A stretch of 64,000 bases of DNA from Chromatiales bacterium. Lineage in GTDB: Bacteria; Pseudomonadota; Gammaproteobacteria; Chromatiales; Chromatiaceae. The stretch spans positions 24,510 through 88,509 of the forward strand of contig JANTHJ010000001.1 in the NCBI GenBank assembly GCA_024762475.1, written 5' to 3'. Both the position numbers and the translations under genes were made by a program. The notes beneath the pieces are model-generated. The model was not told the origin of the DNA. It ran no database searches and worked only from the letters and a program-made list of their open reading frames with translations. Positions 59,046-64,000 of this stretch are shown here, piece by piece; positions within the stretch are counted from its first letter, which is position 1; the number at the start of each line of letters is the position of its first letter.

Positions 59046-60635
59046 TCAGCGGTCGAGGACGCGGTAGGTCTGGGCGAAGTAGTCCGCCAGAAAACTATCG
59101 AAATCCTTGTGGTCCGCAGCTTCGATCATCGCCTGCTCCGCATGCGATTGCGCTGCCAGGTGATCGAACTCCCCAATGCAGGTGGAGGGTAGTTCCCTTT
59201 CGCTGAAATAGCGATGGTGCCGGGTCGACAGGCGCCGGGCAAACTCATAGAACCCCTCGCCTCTATCCCGCATCTCGTCGAGCATACGTGCCGATGGCGT
59301 GCGCTCCAGGTCGAGCACCTTGCGCAACTGATCGTCTGTGGCGTCTTCGTAGGCGTGGCCGCCATGAACCCGGTCTAGCAGCTCCGCCACCGGCAGTACC
59401 GCGTCCAGGATCCGCTGGGCCCAATCGCGCAACGGCGCCGGTTGCCCACAACAGCTCAGCTTCAGGCCAGGCTCGCGTCCACGATGGGCCACCCGCAGGA
59501 TGTTCTCGTTGATCTCCTCCAGCTCTTCGCCCGACAGGCCCGGGCTATCGGCCAGAAGGCAAGCGAACATCAATGCCTCGAGAAAGCGCAGCTGAGTCTC
59601 GTCCACGCCCAGGGGATGGAAGGCGTTCACGTCCAGGGAACGCAGTTCGACATACTGTATACCCCGCTGCAACAATGCCACACCCGGACTCTCCAGGCGG
59701 CCGGCCGGCTGCTTGGGGCGCACGGTGTTGTAGTACTCGTTCTCGATCTGCAGCAGGTTGGCATTGAGCTGGCGGTATTCTCCGCCAACCTTGACCCCGA
59801 TCCGTTCCCAGGCCTCGGCGGGGGTAGTCACTGCGTAGAGCAGGGATCGCGCATAGGTATCGACGTCCCGATAGCAGACCTGGATACCCAGGCCGTCTTC
59901 CTTCTTGTTCTGATACCCGATGTCCCCCATGCGCAAGGATGTCGCATAGGGCTCGAAGAAGGTCGACTCGTCGAACACCGCCAGACGACTCTCGCCGTTG
60001 GCGAAAAAGGACTTGCATACCGCCGGTGACGCCCCGAACAGATAAGGAATCAGCCACCCGATCCGTTGCAGATTGCGCACCATGCCCATGTAGGCCCCAT
60101 CCCGCATGGCAAGCACGTCGTCTTTCTGCTCGAGCGCCGTATAGGCGGGCCAGAACGTCTCGGGCAGGGACCAGTTGAAATGGACACCGGCGATCACCTG
60201 CATCACCCGGCCGTAACGCCAGCCCAAGCCTACGCGATAGACATGTTTCATCCGCCCCAGATTGGAGTCGCCATATTCGGCAATCGGTATACCCTGCTCG
60301 CCCGCGAGCACGCACGGCATACTGGTCGCCCACAGAAACTCATCGTCGAGCAGTCGGTAGGCGTAGCTCTGGATATCGGCCAGAAAATCGAGGGCCTCGC
60401 CGGAACTGGCCAGCGGCGGCGTGATGAACTCGGCCAGGGCCTCGGAATAGTCGGTGGTAATCCAGGGGTGGGTCAGCGGCGCACCCCAGGCCGCCGGGTG
60501 AGGCGTCTCGGCAATACCACCGCTGCGGGCCACCCGCAGACTCTCCTTCTCCAATCCCATCCGCGACTGGCGGATGCAGTCGGGATCCATCCCTTCGGGC
60601 AGTCGCGCAAGGCGTTCGCCTTTCAGGTCGAACAT
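59046..60635 (-). CDS. gshA: Glutamate-cysteine ligase
   Basis: GLEKESLR, HPWITTDYSE, SMPC, GVHFN, ATSLRM, ENEYY, GIQYVELR. Confidence 0.97.
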   Translation of the reverse strand: MFDLKGERLARLPEGMDPDCIRQSRMGLEKESLRVARSGGIAETPHPAAWGAPLTHPWITTDYSEALAEFITPPLASSGEALDFLADIQSYAYRLLDDEFLWATSMPCVLAGEQGIPIAEYGDSNLGRMKHVYRVGLGWRYGRVMQVIAGVHFNWSLPETFWPAYTALEQKDDVLAMRDGAYMGMVRNLQRIGWLIPYLFGASPAVCKSFFANGESRLAVFDESTFFEPYATSLRMGDIGYQNKKEDGLGIQVCYRDVDTYARSLLYAVTTPAEAWERIGVKVGGEYRQLNANLLQIENEYYNTVRPKQPAGRLESPGVALLQRGIQYVELRSLDVNAFHPLGVDETQLRFLEALMFACLLADSPGLSGEELEEINENILRVAHRGREPGLKLSCCGQPAPLRDWAQRILDAVLPVAELLDRVHGGHAYEDATDDQLRKVLDLERTPSARMLDEMRDRGEGFYEFARRLSTRHHRYFSERELPSTCIGEFDHLAAQSHAEQAMIEAADHKDFDSFLADYFAQTYRVLDR

Positions 60636-60931
60636 ACCCACCTCACGGAAGACGGAGGGCATCGCCCGGCATTTGGAGGATGGCTGAGGGGAAGGAAAAA
60701 CATCGCGAAAGCGGCACTAAAGAGATAGGGGAAAGCCCCGCATTTTAGCCCGAATACTTCACGCGGTCGCTGGAAACTGCCAATAATTGTCGGCCGATCG
60801 GGGGGTTCCTGGTAATCAAGCAGGCAACGGAATGCCAGCGGACCTGCGCCGCGCGCGCCCTTGTAGCGATCCGGGCGTCCCCGGGCGAAACATCCAGGCC
60901 GCCATGGGCGACCTCCGGCTCCTGCTACGTG

Positions 60932-63049
60932 TCAGTTTCTTTGCGCGGTCAACGGTCGGCGGGCGGCCTTGATCCAATCCGCCATGATCCGCGCAGTTTC
61001 GTCGAGCATGATGCGCTTCACCCCTTCCGGATCCTCGTCCGCATGGGCCAGCTTCTCGTCCTCGTCCTCTTCGTCCAGGGACTTGAGCGGCGGCAGCCCG
61101 CGCCACACCCGCAACCGATTGCGCAGTGCAAGCAGCCGCTGTTCGCGTTGCTGCCGCTCCGTACGGCGCTTGGCTTCGTCGAGCGAGGCGCGCTTGATAT
61201 CCTTGATGCGCATGAACTCCTTTTCCTGGTCGATGAGGTACTGGAATCCCGGATCCTTGGCAATGCGCCGATTGCTCCGGTCCTTGAGGTAGGACACTGG
61301 AAAATCCACCCTCGGCTTGTCGATCACCGGCGTGATTGCCGCCCAGGGGATAGCGTGATCGAGGGCGCGCTCCCCATAGTCACGTGCACCCTGGGACGTT
61401 GGATACTCGATATCGGGCTCGACTCCTTTCAGCTGGGTGCTTGCCCCGAGGACGCGGAAGAACTGCGCCATGGTCAGCCGCAGGCGCCCGAGATCCTGCT
61501 CGCTACGCAGATAACGGGCCAGGTTGACCAGGGTCTGAACCGTGCCCTTGCCAAAGGTCGGCTCTCCAATGATGAGTCCTCTCCCGTAATCCTTGATGGC
61601 ACCGGCGAAAATCTCTGATGCTGAAGCGCTGTTCCGATCCACCAGGACCATCAAGGGCCCACGGTAGACCTCCCCGGGGTCGGTGTCCTTCTCCAGCTCG
61701 ACGTTGCTCGCTGCATCCTTGATCTGCACCACCGGCCCGGTGTCGATGAACAGGCCGGTCAACTCGGTGGCCTCGGCCAGGGAGCCCCCGCCATTTTGAC
61801 GCAGATCGATGATCACACCGTCCACACCCTTGGATTCGAGCTCGTCGAGCAGCTTGCGCACATCCCGGGTGGTGCTGCGGAAATTACGCTTGCCCGCTGC
61901 CTGGCCGGCGAAATCGCGGTAGAAGGCCGGCAGATCGATCACGCCGATCTTCAAATCGCCGTACTCCGACCCCTCGAGCAGCTTACTCTTGGCCGCCTTG
62001 TCTTCCAGCTTGATGGTGTCGCGCACCAAAACCACCTCGCGGGCACGACCACCCATCCCCTCGCTCTTGGGAATGATATTGAGGCGCACAATGCTGCCCT
62101 TGGAGCCGCGAATCAATTCCACCACGTCCTGCAGGCGCCAACCGATCACATCCTCCATGGCGCCGTCCTTGCCCTGCGCGACCCCGACGATGTGGTCGCC
62201 GGGACGCAGCTTGCCACTGCGAGCCGCCGGCCCGCCCACCACGGTACGCAGGATCTTCGTGTAACCATCTTCACTGCGCAGCACCGCGCCGATCCCTTGC
62301 AGGGACAGGCGCATGCCGATATCGAAGTTCTCGGAGACCTCGGGCGACATGTAGCTGGTATGCGGCTCTATACTGAGAGTGATGGCATTGACGAAGGTCT
62401 GGAACACGTCCCCCGCCTTCATCTGGCGTACTCGATCCCGCAATCCCTGGTAACGCTTCAGGAGACGCTTTTTGTCGAAAGGTTCGGTCTCGTCCAGGCG
62501 AGCCACCAGGATGTCGTTCTTGACCCGCTTGCGCCACAGATCGTCCAACGCCTTTTCATCCCTTGCCCACTGCTCTTCCTCTCGGTCGAAGACATAGCTC
62601 TCGTCGCGACCGAAGTCGAAGGGATAGTTGTTCAGCAGGTCAATGGCATAGGCGGCACGTTGCTCCACCTTGCGCCGAAACAGCCGGAAGATCTCGAAGG
62701 GTGCGGCCAGCTTGCCCTTGTTGAGCGCATCGTCGAAATAGTCCCGGTAGATATCCAGCCGGTCCACGTCCTCGCGGGTGAAGAAACTCTTGTTCGGGTC
62801 GAGCGATTCGAGGTAGCGGTCGAAGGCGTCGCGCGAAAGGCCATCGTCGATATGCGGCCGCGTGTAGTGGAACCCTTCCAGCACCTGGGCAATGACCAGT
62901 GCGGTACGCCTTTCTTCCTCGGTGGGCTGAAGGTCGTCTAATGCGACCGGTTGCGGGCGGGCCAGCGAGGCCAGTGGCCAGGCGATACAGGCCAACAACG
63001 CCAGGACACCAATGACCCGGCGGACTTTCGGATTCAGTTGCTTGCTCAT
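60932..63049 (-). CDS. prc: Carboxy-terminal processing protease (Prc/Tsp)
   Basis: EPHTSY, PDZ GIGA, DLRQNGGG, SASASEI, TFGKGTVQ. Confidence 0.95.
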   Translation of the reverse strand: MSKQLNPKVRRVIGVLALLACIAWPLASLARPQPVALDDLQPTEEERRTALVIAQVLEGFHYTRPHIDDGLSRDAFDRYLESLDPNKSFFTREDVDRLDIYRDYFDDALNKGKLAAPFEIFRLFRRKVEQRAAYAIDLLNNYPFDFGRDESYVFDREEEQWARDEKALDDLWRKRVKNDILVARLDETEPFDKKRLLKRYQGLRDRVRQMKAGDVFQTFVNAITLSIEPHTSYMSPEVSENFDIGMRLSLQGIGAVLRSEDGYTKILRTVVGGPAARSGKLRPGDHIVGVAQGKDGAMEDVIGWRLQDVVELIRGSKGSIVRLNIIPKSEGMGGRAREVVLVRDTIKLEDKAAKSKLLEGSEYGDLKIGVIDLPAFYRDFAGQAAGKRNFRSTTRDVRKLLDELESKGVDGVIIDLRQNGGGSLAEATELTGLFIDTGPVVQIKDAASNVELEKDTDPGEVYRGPLMVLVDRNSASASEIFAGAIKDYGRGLIIGEPTFGKGTVQTLVNLARYLRSEQDLGRLRLTMAQFFRVLGASTQLKGVEPDIEYPTSQGARDYGERALDHAIPWAAITPVIDKPRVDFPVSYLKDRSNRRIAKDPGFQYLIDQEKEFMRIKDIKRASLDEAKRRTERQQREQRLLALRNRLRVWRGLPPLKSLDEEDEDEKLAHADEDPEGVKRIMLDETARIMADWIKAARRPLTAQRN

Positions 63050-63918
63050 AGGGCTTTGCTTGTCTCGGGCATCCCAACCGGCGGGTGCAGGTCGGTGACG
63101 ATACTCAGGTAGTCTGGATGTTCGGGGCCAATCAGTCCATGGCGAACAAGGAAATCGATGATGACCAGGTTGCAGTTGAGCTTGAAATCATCGGTCTCAC
63201 GCACGATCTGCATCACCTGTTCTATCGGCATCAGGAGGAATTCCTCCACTTCTCCATCTGTATTACGAGGCTTGAAGTCGGCCGGAAGTTCAATGTCATA
63301 ACAATACAATACGTCGGGTCTAAAGCCCCGCTCCGCGACCCGATTGTACGACAGCATGCCCACAGGCTGGGCCCGGGCGGCGAGTTCGGAGGGCATTCCG
63401 GCCTCTTCATGGCACTCCTTGAGCAGATTCTCGTGCATATCCACCCCGTAGGGCAGGCCCCCGGCCACCATATTGTCCAATGCACCGGGAAATATCAGTC
63501 GGTCCCTGGCACGCCGCCCGATCCACATCCACAGCTGCCCGTCCAAGCGCACGTAGCCATTCAGATGCTGGCCGAATGAACGCAGGCCCAACCAGGCCGC
63601 CATTGCACGGTCGACACTGGCGATGGCCTGATCCCGCCCGCTCGCCGTGATCGGATAGGGTTCGCCCAGCAGACCGGGAATTTCCCCGCGATCTGCAAGG
63701 GCTTGCGCAACGATGCCGAGACCCGTCTCCAGCCCGGCCAGATCGTCTCCCGGCGAGATAACCAGCTCGTCGGTAACATCGAACAGCTCGGGCCATTCCG
63801 CGAGCTTTTGGGCGAAGGCGGGACGAATCCAGCCAAAGGTCTGCCGACCGATGCGCCACGGCAGGAAGGGCTCTTGCACCGGCTCGTTGCAGGCGTGGAT
63901 GTGGCGAAGATAGGCCAT
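63046..63918 (-). CDS. DUF4743-Nudix hydrolase
   Basis: GQHLNGY, LDNMVAGG, KECHEEAG, NTDGEVEEF, FKLNC. Confidence 0.88.
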   Translation of the reverse strand: MAYLRHIHACNEPVQEPFLPWRIGRQTFGWIRPAFAQKLAEWPELFDVTDELVISPGDDLAGLETGLGIVAQALADRGEIPGLLGEPYPITASGRDQAIASVDRAMAAWLGLRSFGQHLNGYVRLDGQLWMWIGRRARDRLIFPGALDNMVAGGLPYGVDMHENLLKECHEEAGMPSELAARAQPVGMLSYNRVAERGFRPDVLYCYDIELPADFKPRNTDGEVEEFLLMPIEQVMQIVRETDDFKLNCNLVIIDFLVRHGLIGPEHPDYLSIVTDLHPPVGMPETSKAL

Positions 63919-63921
63919 CCA

Positions 63922-64000
63922 TCAACGCCCCAGCGGGTGGCCGCCCACCACGCGGGCCTGCAGACCGGCCGCCGCCTTCGCATCGGCGGCGCGCAAACCG
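63922..64000 (-). CDS. C-terminal fragment of an upstream gene (unidentified)
   Basis: Open frame GLRAADAKAAAGLQARVVGGHPLGR ending in TGA 4 nt before the Nudix start. Confidence 0.45.
   Translation of the reverse strand, partial: GLRAADAKAAAGLQARVVGGHPLGR

Overview
GC-rich chromosomal window from a sulfur-oxidizing gammaproteobacterium. The lineage is inferred from soxXYZA, a YeeE/YedE transporter, a rhodanese, an Alvin_2107-like protein and PomAB-type stators that suggest a marine habitat. Most of the window is housekeeping: nadA, galU, pabB, queCE, the ybgC-tolQRAB-pal-cpoB cluster, ruvCAB, yebC, nudB, aspS, gshA, prc and tRNA-Lys(UUU). Accessory or poorly understood parts are: (1) a secreted 190-aa protein made almost entirely of (Gly-Met-Ser/Gly) triplets with about 26% Met (33767-34339), lying between a zrgABCD-like ABC operon plus an unusual OmpA protein and a hemerythrin-fusion gene next to tRNA-Lys; (2) an RND permease with a ~245-aa C-terminal tail containing a Lys/Ala-rich histone-like segment, followed by two secreted Pro-rich proteins; (3) a DUF971-MoaD fusion lacking the terminal Gly-Gly; (4) several miniature mobile/repeat families, including a nested insertion hotspot between ruvA and ruvB. 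No CRISPR array, rRNA, integrase or full-length transposase was seen. All family assignments come from motif recognition by eye; no database search was run.
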